The notes under the pieces: generated by a model
The model's input: only the letters and a program-made list of their open reading frames with translations
Told to the model about the DNA's origin: nothing
Database searches by the model: none
Shown: one piece after another, positions 1 to 10,584 of the stretch
Position numbering within the stretch: the first letter of the stretch is position 1
Layout of the letters: the number at the start of each line of letters is the position of its first letter
Translations under genes and position numbers: made by a program
Source: an uncultured Acidimicrobiales bacterium
Lineage (GTDB): Bacteria; Actinomycetota; Acidimicrobiia; Acidimicrobiales; UBA10347
DNA: 64,000 bases
Assembly: GCA_943788915.1 (NCBI GenBank)
Contig: CALSSD010000006.1
Coordinates: 310,001 to 374,000, forward strand
Reading direction: 5' to 3'

Positions 1-256
1 TGTCCGTGTGGGCAGTGATGACCCGCACAGGGCCCGATACAGCGGTGGTGCGCCATGCAATCAATGAACCAGCTCGGGCTTGGTAACCCATAACTGCGGT
101 GCCAGCAAAGGGTGCTGTTGCGGAGAATCCTGCCTGTTCAAGCCGTTGTGCCACTTCGGCAACACAGTGGTGTGGTGTAGGTGATGCCGCTACAAATGCC
201 ATGAAATCGATGGCGTCATCGCGCTGCGCGGGGGAGAGGCTGCTGGTGTTATCCAT
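1..256 (-). CDS. M18 family aminopeptidase (ApeB-like), N-terminal part; runs off window edge
   Basis: Manual translation from ATG 256: MDNTSSLSPAQRDDAIDFMAFVAASPTPHHCVAEVAQRLEQAGF...GSLIAW...VITAHTD. SPTPxH and AHTD(SP) motifs of M18. TACGCT 8 nt upstream. Confidence 0.8.
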   Translation of the reverse strand, partial: MDNTSSLSPAQRDDAIDFMAFVAASPTPHHCVAEVAQRLEQAGFSATAPFAGTAVMGYQARAGSLIAWRTTAVSGPVRVITAHTD

Positions 257-481
257 TACGTTTAAGCGTAGTCGGGGGTACTGCGTGGCCCTCTCACTGC
301 CGGGCTGGGGCCGAATTCACGTGTTCTTAGCTTGGGGACAGCCCTCGTGACCGGGGTAAAGTAGCTGGTTGTGGGCCTCAGCGCCGAGGCCCGGCTAAAC
401 CACCACGACCCAACCCCCCTGACATTGTTTGAGCTTGAAAGACAATGCGTAACCAGTGAGCCCAACCAGTGAGCCCAACCC

Positions 482-3400
482 ATGAAAATGTCTGAAAACA
501 TGCATGATCCTTCGCGTTCGTTGTCGTCAACCGGTCTTCCTGCTCGCCAGGGGCTCTATGACCCCGCGGCTGAACATGATTCATGCGGTGTGAACTTCGT
601 GGTGAACATGCGTGGGGTGCGCAGCCATGAGACCGTGCAGATGGGCCTTGGTGCCCTGTGCAAGCTCGAACACCGCGGCGCCGTCGGCTCTGATCCGAAC
701 TCAGGTGACGGTGCTGGTCTCTTGGTGCAGATACCAGACCTGTTCTGTCGGTCGGTTGTTGACTTTGACTTGCCGCCCGAGGGTTTGTACGCCACAGGTA
801 TTGGTTTTTTTGCCTCAAGACGCAGAAGCCGCAGCCCTAGGCGAAGCTGAGATCGCCCGAGTGTGTCGCGAAGAATCGGTGACCGTGCTTGGTTGGCGCG
901 ACGTACCGGTTGAACCACAGATTCTCGGCGGTGCCTCAGCTCGCACAATGCCTCGTTTCCGTCAGATATTCGTGACGGCTACCGACGCCGACGGCAACGC
1001 GCTAGGTGGCATTGCGCTCGAGCGGAAGTGTTACATCGCTCGTAAACGTATCGAGCATGACATTCAGTTGCCGGCCGACGGTAGCGAGATGAACGAAGCC
1101 ATGGGCGGTGCAAGCGAAGCACACGATGGCGTGTATTTCGCGAGCCTGTCAGCCCGCACCATGGTCTACAAGGGCATGTTGACCACACCCCAGCTTGGTG
1201 CCTTCTACCCCGATCTGGCTGACCCGAACTTCCAGAGCGCCATTGCGCTGGTGCACAGCCGATTTTCGACGAACACGTTCCCATCGTGGCCGCTGGCGCA
1301 TCCCTACCGCTACGTTGCGCACAACGGCGAGATCAACACCGTTAAGGGCAACTCGAACTGGATGCGGGCTCGCGAAGCGTTGCTGGCGAGCGAACACTTC
1401 GGCGACGACATCGAGAAACTCTTCCCGATCTGCACACCGGGCAATAGCGACACTGCGTCGTTCGACGAGGCGCTAGAACTCATTCACATGGGTGGGTATT
1501 CGCTCCCTGAGGCTGTGCTGATGATGATCCCCGAACCATGGGAAAATCACGAGTCGATGCCCGAGGACATCCGGGCCTACTACCGCTACCACGCGTCGAT
1601 GATCGAGCCATGGGACGGCCCAGCATCGATCGCCTTCACCGACGGCACCGTCATGGGCGCAGTGCTAGACCGCAACGGGCTTCGACCAAGCCGGTATTGG
1701 GTAACCGACGACGACATGGTCATCATGGCGAGCGAGGTCGGTGTCGTCGATGTGCCGGCAAGCAAAATCATCGAGAAGGGCCGCCTTCAGCCCGGACGTA
1801 TGTTCCTCATCGACACCAGCCAGGGTCGAATCATTCGCGACGACGAAATCAAGACGGGACTGGCCTCTGGGGCTCCGTACAGCGAATGGCTTGACCTGCA
1901 TCAGGCGTCGCTTCAGGACCTTCCCGCTGGTTTTGAGCGAAGCGACACCGAGTCCCTACGTCATCGCCAACAGGCGTATGGTTACACCCACGAAGAGCTC
2001 AAGTTGTTGGTTGCTCCGATGGCCAAGACCGCGAAAGAGGCGATTGGTTCCATGGGAACCGATACGCCCGTTGCGGTGCTTTCCAGCCGGTCTCGGTTGC
2101 TGTTCGATTACTTCCAGCAACTCTTCGCTCAGGTCACGAACCCGCCCCTCGATGCCATGCGCGAAGAGATCATCACCGCAACGTTGTCGTGGATCGGACC
2201 GGAAGGCAACCTACTCGAGCGCACACCTACATCGTGCCAGCAGATTGTCGTCGAACATCCCGTTCTCCAAAACGCTGAATTGGCTACGATCGCAGCGCTG
2301 AATGCTGGCCCCAACGATGGTGGCTTCAAGTCGGCGATTATTTCGACCTTGTATCGCCCTGGTGATGGTGCTGGTGGCATGCGCTCCACCCTGGACCGAG
2401 TCCGCGACGCCGTCGACAGCGCGATCGACGACGGCGCAAACATCCTGATCCTCAGTGACCGTGGCACCGATGCCGACAATGTCGGTGTGCCCATCGCGAT
2501 GGCTTCGGGAGCGGTGCACCACCATCTCGTGCGAACCAAGTCACGTAGCCGGGTCGGTCTTGTTGTCGAGACAGCCGAAGCGCGCGAAGTACATCACATG
2601 GCGGTGTTGCTTGGCTACGGCGCCAATGCCGTGAACCCCTACCTGGCGTTTGAGTCGATCGACGAACTCTTGGCCGCTGGTCTGTACGGCATGCCCGCAG
2701 ACCTGACCGCAGAACAAGCGCATACGAACTATGTAAAGGCGTGCGACAAGGGCCTCCTCAAGGTCATGTCCAAGATGGGGATCTCGACCGTCAAGAGTTA
2801 TATCGGTGCCCAAATTTTCGAGGCCATTGGTATCGGCGAAGACATTGTCGCCGAGTGTTTCACCGGAACCACCAGCCGCATTGGTGGCGTCACGTTCGAA
2901 CAGGTAGCCGAGGTGGTCTCGGCTCGACATGCGCTGGCCTATCCGAACGAACCCTCAGAACGGGCCCACCGCGATCTTCAAGTCGGCGGCGAATACCAGT
3001 GGCGTAGCGAAGGTGAATACCACCTGTTTAACCCAGAGACTGTTTTTCGGCTGCAGCATGCGACCCGCGAGGGTAAGTACGAAATCTTCAAGCAATACAC
3101 CCACGCGGTCAACGACGCGACAGAAAACTTGGCCACGTTGCGGGGCCTGTTCCGGTTCAAGACCGAAGACGTCACCCCAATCCCGCTCACCGAGGTCGAG
3201 TCGGCCGAAGAGATCGTGAAACGATTCGCCACCGGCGCAATGTCCTACGGGTCGATCTCGGCCGAGGCCCACGAAACACTTGCCATCGCGATGAATCGCA
3301 TCGGTGGGAAATCCAACACCGGTGAAGGTGGGGAGGCAGCCCACCGATATGTCCCCGACGCAAACGGTGACTCGCGCCGCAGTTCTATCAAGCAAGCGGC

Positions 3401-5138
3401 GTCGGGCCGGTTCGGCGTGACCAGTGAATACCTGGTCCAGTCCGAAGACATCCAGATCAAGATGGCGCAAGGCGCCAAACCGGGCGAAGGCGGTCAGCTA
3501 CCTGGTCACAAGGTGTGGCCATGGATCGCCGAGGTACGCCACTCGACGCCTGCTGTCGAGCTGATCTCACCGCCGCCACATCACGACATCTACAGCATCG
3601 AAGATCTCGCCCAACTTATTCATGACCTCAAGAATGCGAACCCCAAGGCGCGCATTCATGTGAAGCTTGTGTCGGAGTTCGGCGTTGGCACGGTGGCTGC
3701 AGGAGTATCGAAGGCACACGCCGATGTCGTCTTGATCTCCGGCCACGACGGTGGCACCGGCGCATCCCCGCTTACGTCCATGAAACATGCGGGAACGCCA
3801 TGGGAGCTAGGCCTCGCCGAGACCCAACAGACACTGCTGCTCAACGGCCTGCGTGACCGCATCGTGGTCCAGGTCGACGGGCAACTCAAGACTGGTCGCG
3901 ATGTCCTTATTGCTGCGCTTCTCGGTGGCGAAGAGTTCGGCTTTGCGACAGCGCCGCTGGTGGTCATGGGCTGTGTGATGATGCGTGTCTGTCACCTCGA
4001 CACATGCCCTGTTGGTGTCGCAACACAGAACAAGGAACTCCGCAACAAGTTCACTGGTCGAGCCGACCATGTCGTGAACTTCATGATGTTTATCGCCGAA
4101 GAAGTTCGCGAGCTTCTTTCGTCCCTCGGTCTTCGGTCCATTGAAGAAGCCGTTGGCCGAGTCGAGCTACTCGACACAACCCAAGCGAACGACCACTGGC
4201 AGGCATCGGGTCTCGACCTGAGTTCTATCTTGTATTTGCCTGAGCTGCCAGAAGATGCAGCTCGGTCATGTGTGACGACGCAGGACCATGGGCTCGAAAA
4301 GGCCCTCGATATGGCGATCATTAAGCAGGCCCAGCCCGCAATCTTGCGGGGCGAACCTGTCACCATCGACCTGCCGATCAGCAACGTCAACCGGACCGTG
4401 GGCACCATGACCGGCTTCGAGTTGACCACCCGGTGGGGTGGCAGCGGGCTACCCGACGACACCATCTCGGTGGCACTGACCGGCTCGGCTGGCAACAGCC
4501 TGGGTGCGTTCATGCCGAAGGGCATCACGCTGAACCTGACCGGCGACGCCAACGACTTCGTGGGTAAAGGACTGTCGGGCGGCAAGATCATCGTGCAAGC
4601 GCCAGCCGACGCTGCCTATGAGCCAGAAGACAATGTCATCGCTGGCAATGTATGTCTCTATGGCGCCACCGGCGGCGAGGCGTATTTCGAAGGCCATGTC
4701 GGCGAACGTTTCTGTGTGCGCAACTCTGGCGGCGTCGCCGTGGCCGAGGGTATTGGTGATCATGGTTGTGAGTACATGACCGGTGGTCGAGCCGTGATTC
4801 TTGGTTCTGCCGGCCGAAACTTCGGTGCAGGTATGTCGGGTGGTATGGCGTTCGTCTACGACTCGAACAACACCTTTGCGACACGCGTCAATCATGACAT
4901 GGTCGACGTCGAGCGGCCGACGGCAGAGGAATATGACCTCATCAAGAGCGACATCGAACAACATGTTGCCTACACCAACAGCAGCCGGGGCCAGCGGCTG
5001 CTGGCCGACTGGGAGACCACCAGCTTGCACTTCCGCAAGGTGATCCCTCGCCAGTACAAACGAGTGCTCGAAGCGCTCGAAACGGCACAACGACTCGGTG
5101 TCGATCCCGACGCCGCAGTCATGGCAACCGCAAACTAG
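482..5138 (+). CDS. gltB: Glutamate synthase large subunit; apparent frameshift at T7 run 805-811
   Basis: EHDSCGV N-terminus in ORF 482-850 joins ORF 612-5138 ([50 protein letters not shown] domain). Exact start uncertain (482/488/500). Confidence 0.95.
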
Positions 5139-5160
5139 CTCGAAGGATAAAGGCTTTCCC

Positions 5161-6631
5161 ATGGGTGATCCCAAAGGTTTCATGCACCACGGCCGTCGGT
5201 GGCCAAATCGCAGGCCTGCCGACCTTCGCGTCGGTGATTGGCAAGAGGTGTACCTCTACAAAAACTTCGCTGAGGCAGAACTCAAGGCCCAGGCCAGCCG
5301 ATGTATGGACTGCGGCATTCCGTTCTGCAACAACGGTTGCCCACTAGGCAACCTCATTCCTGACTGGAACGATCTGGTCTATAGTGACAAGTGGGAGGAA
5401 GCGAGCGATCGTCTACATGCGACCAATAACTTCCCTGAATTTACTGGTCGTTTGTGCCCGGCTCCCTGCGAATCGGCGTGTGTCCTTGGGATCAGCGATG
5501 ACCCGGTAACCATCAAGCTGGTCGAGCTCACCATCGTGGAACACGGGTGGGAAAACGACTGGATCGTGCCGATTCCGCCGACCCACGAGACCGGCCAAAA
5601 GGTTGCCATTGTCGGCTCGGGGCCCGCTGGGCTAGCTGCAGCCCAGCAGCTGCGTCGGGCTGGTCACAGCCGTGGTCTGCTTCGAGCGGGCTGACCGCGC
5701 CGGTGGCCTGCTTCGGTATGGCATCCCCGAGTTCAAGATGGAGAAGAAGTTCCTAGATCGCCGTCTGGCCCAGATGGAGGCCGAAGGTGTCGAGTTCCGT
5801 TGCAACACCGAGATTGGTGTCGATATCACCGCCGATCAACTCACCGCTGACTTTGATGCAGTAGTGCTCGCCGCCGGTGCCACCCAATGGCGCGACCTGC
5901 CGATCCCCGGGCGCGAACTTGCCGGGATCTATCAGGCCATGGAGTTCTTGCCGCCAGCGAACCATGTGCTTGCGGGCGACATCTCCGAACACCCTTTCTC
6001 GGCACACGACAAGAATGTTGTGATCATTGGTGGCGGCGATACCGGCGCTGACTGCCTCGGCACGTCCCATCGCCATGGCGCTCGTTCGATCCATCAGTTC
6101 GAGATCATGCCCCGACCCCCAGCTGATCGTGACCAGTCCACACCGTGGCCGACATGGCCGTTGCGGCACCGTACTTCGTCTGCCCACGAAGAAGGCGGCG
6201 ACCGTGAGTTCGCCATCAACACCGTGGAGTTCCTGGGTGATGACAACGGCAATGTCCGGGCACTCAAAACTGTCCGAGTCGAACAGGTTTTCACCGATGG
6301 TCGAATGAGTTTCGAACCGGTCGAGGGCTCCGAGGAAGAGTTCCCCGCCGAGATCGTCATGTTGGCAATGGGCTTCACCGGCCCTGAGAAGTCGCCCATG
6401 CTCGAGCAGTTTGGCGTCGATCTGACTGATCGTGGCAATGTCGAACGCGATGACGATTGGTCGACCAACGTCGACAATGTGTACGTCTGCGGCGACATGG
6501 GCCGCGGCCAAAGCCTGATCGTTTGGGCCATCGCCGAAGGCCGAGCGTGTGCTGCTGCGGTCGATCAGGCGTTGACCGGCGCCACTCAGCTACCAGCGCC
6601 AGTTACGCCATCAGCACAACAGCTTCGCTAG
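5161..6631 (+). CDS. gltD: Glutamate synthase small subunit; apparent frameshift near 5668-5671
   Basis: [32 protein letters not shown], then GGGDTGADC and [18 protein letters not shown] in the next frame. Confidence 0.95.
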
Positions 6632-6659
6632 CCCCGGTGGCTGGGCGAGCCGTCCCGCA

Positions 6660-6941
6660 TCAGTCGTCGACAGAGTTGCCGTCGAGGCCTCGAAAATTTC
6701 CGGCCTCGACCGCAGCGATAACCGGCCGAACGCGAACGAGATACCACAGCGATATCACTAAACCAAAGATGAGGAACAACACGCCGAAGGCGATCGCCCC
6801 TAACCACGCGACCTGACTTCGACCAGCGAACGACCATGCCCATGGCGGGCGGCGGGCACAATCAAGTAACGCCCACAGACTGATCCCAATAGGGATCATG
6901 GCGACAAAGAGCCAAACGATGACCATAACTGCGCCTGGCAC
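6660..6941 (-). CDS. Small membrane protein, DUF2516/PLD-N-like
   Basis: Hydrophobic helices; WALLDCARRP..AW..AG.S...W and WYLVRVRP pattern; starts 4 nt after the MauF-like stop. Confidence 0.65.
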   Translation of the reverse strand: MPGAVMVIVWLFVAMIPIGISLWALLDCARRPPWAWSFAGRSQVAWLGAIAFGVLFLIFGLVISLWYLVRVRPVIAAVEAGNFRGLDGNSVDD

Positions 6942-6944
6942 GGC

Positions 6945-7745
6945 CTAAGCCACGATCAGGATCGCGAATGCGCCAACAAGGGCCATACGGTCGACAATCT
7001 TGAGCCAGTGGCTGGGGTGATCCACTGCCACATGTGAACGCACGCTTTGGCTTGCGACAACGATGGAACGGCCGAGGCCAAACCCAACCCCGGTGGATGC
7101 GGCTGCCAAAGTCGCTGCGCCCAGCCCAGACGGAAGGCCCAGCACCATGAGGACGGTGACGGCATAAGGCGATACCGCCGTCACATAGGTTCGCACCCCG
7201 GTGCCGAGCTCGAAGGCGAACCGATAGGCCGCTCGGGGAGGAGTAGCAGCGAAGGTCTCTCGGGGGATTTGATATGCGCGCTGCGGAAGGTCAAGGCAGA
7301 CAATACCGAATGCGTGGATGAGCAGGATGAGTACGAGCGTGACGGCGACCACCTGACGGGCCGAGGCTGGCAGCGGGCTGAGAAGACCGCCGGCGACCAT
7401 GAGCACGGCGGCGCTGATAAGCGCGCCGCTCACTGCACCAGATAGGTAAGCACCTGCAACCGCAGGTCGGGCGTGTCGATGCAACATCAACGCGCTGTTC
7501 ACACTTCAAACAGAACCGGAAAGCGAGTACCCCGCTCCCGCACCGACAGCGAAGAAGGCAAGGGCTGGCACTGCCCCGAGCAGGCCGCCGATCGTCGCGA
7601 CGGCGAGGAGCGCGACCGTGACTGCGGCGGCACGATTTTGTGACCGCTGGCTCGCTGCTTGGCCCCAGAAGCGGGCCGCTGGCCGGACACGGCGTGACGA
7701 GGGCGGGTGTGACGAGGGCGGGTGTGACGAGCGTGGGGGTGTCAC
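6945..7745 (-). CDS. MauF/CcdA-like multi-pass membrane protein with in-frame TGA at 7506-7508 (possible Sec/readthrough), 266 codons
   Basis: ORFs 7506-7745 and 6945-7502 are in the same frame (GTT TGA AGT GTG). GTG 7745 overlaps the upstream stop (GTGA). PQRAYQIP and FAFELGTGVRTYV resemble MauF motifs. Confidence 0.7.
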
Positions 7746-9562
7746 ACCACGACGACGGTCTGTTGGCCAATCTCGACCGCACGTCCGTTGGAAGCAGTTG
7801 CAGTGACGGCCAACTCATGGGTGCCAGCAGGCAGTGCCAGTGTTAGCTCGAAACCACAGGACGTATCGATACCGTAAATCCGTTGTACAGCCGCGTTCGC
7901 CAGTCCGGCCTCGCCCGACACAGCGATGCCTGCCGCCTGGGCTTGCACCATCATGATGCGGTCGCGATCGTTTGGATCGAATGACCATCCGGTGATGGTG
8001 ATCCCAGCTGGGCTGCTATCGACGAGGTCGATGCCGCCATAAACCACAGGGGCTGCAGCCGATCCAGAACCGCTGGCCGTCGGACGTCCGTCTCGCGGCT
8101 CGGCCGCATCGTCAGCGGTATTCGTCATCTCTTGACAGCCCAACGGTTGACGGCGGCCGTCGTCGGGGCTAACCGCAACCACACAGACCTGCAACGCTTC
8201 GGCCGGCAGCGGGAACGACACCGCAAAGCCGGTGTTGGACCGAAGGCCATCGAAAGCAGCACTGACGTCGGCGCGGGGAAGATCGGTCTGGGTGACACTG
8301 GCGGACTCGCCGTCGACAAGAACCTCGATGAAGACAGCGTCGTCGGTATCAGGGTCGCCGGCCCAGCCGGAGGCGAACCCGGTCGCAGCGTCGCTGCGAC
8401 GCACAACCTGCAATGCCCCATACGTCGGAGACTCGCTGGTTGACCCCCGAACCGGCAACACGATCTGACTCGGTGTCGGCACAGCCGGAGAAGTATCTGC
8501 ACCTGTGTTGTCGGAATCAGTGCCGCCGACACCTGATGATGGGGGAGTGGGTGTTGAGACCGATCCGCTTGAACCACTGCCCCGGACGGAGGCGCCCGAA
8601 CCGACGTTGAGTCGGACGCAACCGATCGTGGAACTCAGGATGCCGTTCAATGCGTCGACGCAGAGTTCATACTCACCCGGTTCGAGTCCGAAACTCACAC
8701 CAAACCCGACGTTTGCACTTGAACCGCGGCGGCTGGCTGGAATATCAGGTCTTGGCAGGGAAGCGGTGCCCAAATGTACGATGCGGTTGTTGGCACGAAT
8801 GAGCATGTCTAGCGGAACACCAGAGCCATCGGCGATCCAGCCATTGATGCGGACCCCGTTACCTTGGTCTACGGCGAGTTCGAGGGCGCCGGCGGGACGC
8901 CAATTGGTAGCTCGAGCAGCATCGGCCAGAGCCTCGCCCGGCGCTTCACCGTCGGCGAGTGGTACACAGTCGGTGACATAACGGCAGATGAATGGGGCGG
9001 GTCCGGTATCGGTCTGCACGTACCCATCGCTACAGCGATATTCGATTTCGGCGCAATTGCCGCACTTGCCCTTGAAGCGCCACAACCAGCCATCGGCGAT
9101 GTCCCCATCGCCGCAGCCCCCGGCATACAACGTGTAGCCGTTACCAGGGTCGTTGCGGAAGAACCCGTCGCTGCCGCAACAGTCGGTGCAGATCGGTGAA
9201 GACCCACAACCTGGCTGGCAATTATCGCCGCTGTTGTAGGGCGGGCAGTACTGCAATATGCGACGTGGATAGGTGCCGACCACACCACTCTGGGCTTCGA
9301 CTTTGCGGGCTGGACCAAACAGGCTCGCCGCGCTTACAGCAGTGGTCGCCGCAGCGGCAGCGATGGTGCCCCGGATGAAACCTCGACGACTCGCCGTCAT
9401 ACGTTTGCCTCGTCGCCGATCGACGAGGCCGGTGACGAACCCATTATTGCGAGGATCAGCCGTGAGTTCGGTGAGATAGGAGTCCGTATCGACCGCAGCG
9501 TGCTCGACAGCCATGGCATGTTCGGGACGATTGTCGACTCCGACGAGGTCAGAAAAACGCAC
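7742..9562 (-). CDS. Tat-exported protein: 12-Cys domain plus three repeated Ig-like/beta domains
   Basis: SRRGFI at residues 58-63, hydrophobic stretch, VEA/Q cleavage site; 12 Cys in residues 106-199; three GW..D...GF repeats; TACCAT 6 nt before GTG. Confidence 0.85.
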   Translation of the reverse strand: MRFSDLVGVDNRPEHAMAVEHAAVDTDSYLTELTADPRNNGFVTGLVDRRRGKRMTASRRGFIRGTIAAAAATTAVSAASLFGPARKVEAQSGVVGTYPRRILQYCPPYNSGDNCQPGCGSSPICTDCCGSDGFFRNDPGNGYTLYAGGCGDGDIADGWLWRFKGKCGNCAEIEYRCSDGYVQTDTGPAPFICRYVTDCVPLADGEAPGEALADAARATNWRPAGALELAVDQGNGVRINGWIADGSGVPLDMLIRANNRIVHLGTASLPRPDIPASRRGSSANVGFGVSFGLEPGEYELCVDALNGILSSTIGCVRLNVGSGASVRGSGSSGSVSTPTPPSSGVGGTDSDNTGADTSPAVPTPSQIVLPVRGSTSESPTYGALQVVRRSDAATGFASGWAGDPDTDDAVFIEVLVDGESASVTQTDLPRADVSAAFDGLRSNTGFAVSFPLPAEALQVCVVAVSPDDGRRQPLGCQEMTNTADDAAEPRDGRPTASGSGSAAAPVVYGGIDLVDSSPAGITITGWSFDPNDRDRIMMVQAQAAGIAVSGEAGLANAAVQRIYGIDTSCGFELTLALPAGTHELAVTATASNGRAVEIGQQTVVVV

Positions 9563-9598
9563 GACGTAATGGTACTCCCGTTGGGACGCCGAATCGGG

Positions 9599-10048
9599 TC
9601 AGGCGAAGTGTTTCAGAGCCGCCACGACATCACTGCTGCTCGCTACCGGCTGGGCGGTGCGCACCCGGCCTTCGTCGACGACGAAGAGGTAGGGCGTGGT
9701 GGTAATTCCCAGTATCTCGGCGTCGAGGCTTTCGATAGACCGGGTAGAGAAGAGATCTTGTCGAGAAAGGTGTTCGATGGTCCCAGCAAGTTCGTTATCA
9801 GCAGCGTGTTCAGGGCCAACAATGACAAGGATGCCGGTGTGGATTTCGCTCGCAAGTGTGCTTCTGGCGTGAGCCGCTCGAAATCGCCGCTCGAACTGTT
9901 CCCGGCTCAGCCGGGTTGAGGGTGGTTCCAGCCCGCCTTGTACCGAACGTTCAAGCATCTCCAGCCGCCCGAGCAGGTGGTAACAGACCAGACCAAGCGC
10001 TACAGCTATCGCTGCGACCACGATGACCGCAGCGAGTTCGAAGCTCAT
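9599..10048 (-). CDS. Membrane-anchored thioredoxin-fold (MauD-like) protein lacking CxxC
   Basis: MSFELAAVIVV N-terminal TM helix, LGITTTPYLFVVDEGRV cis-Pro motif; ATGA overlap with upstream gene. Confidence 0.65.
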   Translation of the reverse strand: MSFELAAVIVVAAIAVALGLVCYHLLGRLEMLERSVQGGLEPPSTRLSREQFERRFRAAHARSTLASEIHTGILVIVGPEHAADNELAGTIEHLSRQDLFSTRSIESLDAEILGITTTPYLFVVDEGRVRTAQPVASSSDVVAALKHFA

Positions 10049-10584
10049 GAGGCACCAACCATATCCATGGTGATGCCAGCGTCTCGCGCCGCAATCACGA
10101 CCTGACCAATTGTTGGAGTTACCGCTTGTGCGACCAAGCCGTGTGACCCAACCGCGACCGTGTAGGGCAGAGGGTCGGCTCCGACCAGGTTTGCGAGCTC
10201 GCTTTGGTGTTCGTGCAGCACCGCACTCGCGTTTGCTGCAGCAGAAGTAGCGATTGGTCGTGGCCGGTCCACGAAATGCAGGTGGAGGGCACTGTTGACG
10301 CTGACCGTGGTTTCGTCGAACTCGTCGATCAACCGCTGGCAGGCGTGACAGTTGCGGGACAGAAAGATGTGAACACCAGAGCCCAAGAGGGTTGTGGTCT
10401 CGCGGGACTGAGATTGGCCGAACGACGACGCCAGCAGCTCGGTTGGTGTGTTCTGATGCCCAGGCGGAAGCCCTTCGTTCAGGGTGAGCTCCACCAACGC
10501 CAGTCGCGCATGACAATGGTTGAGGACGATGGCCAGGCCGGCCAGGGCTCCAGCGAGCACAAGTGCGAGCATGGCCGGGTTCAT
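10045..10584 (-). CDS. Membrane-anchored thioredoxin-fold (MauD-like) protein with CHAC motif
   Basis: N-terminal TM helix, GLPPG, FLSRNCHACQRL, PLPYTVAV; ATGA overlaps at both ends. Confidence 0.75.
   Translation of the reverse strand: MNPAMLALVLAGALAGLAIVLNHCHARLALVELTLNEGLPPGHQNTPTELLASSFGQSQSRETTTLLGSGVHIFLSRNCHACQRLIDEFDETTVSVNSALHLHFVDRPRPIATSAAANASAVLHEHQSELANLVGADPLPYTVAVGSHGLVAQAVTPTIGQVVIAARDAGITMDMVGAS

Noticed and set aside
805..811. Programmed frameshift or phase variation in gltB
   Set aside because: One of many similar indels in unrelated housekeeping genes; sequencing error is more parsimonious
7742..9562. Calling the Tat protein a methylamine dehydrogenase light chain (mauA)
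   Set aside because: Cys and Trp spacing differ, it has a ~400-aa repeat extension, and no heavy chain or MauG is nearby
9599..10516. 305-aa ORF as listed in the ORF track
   Set aside because: The 5' half overlaps the CHAC thioredoxin in another frame; the likely start is ATG 10048
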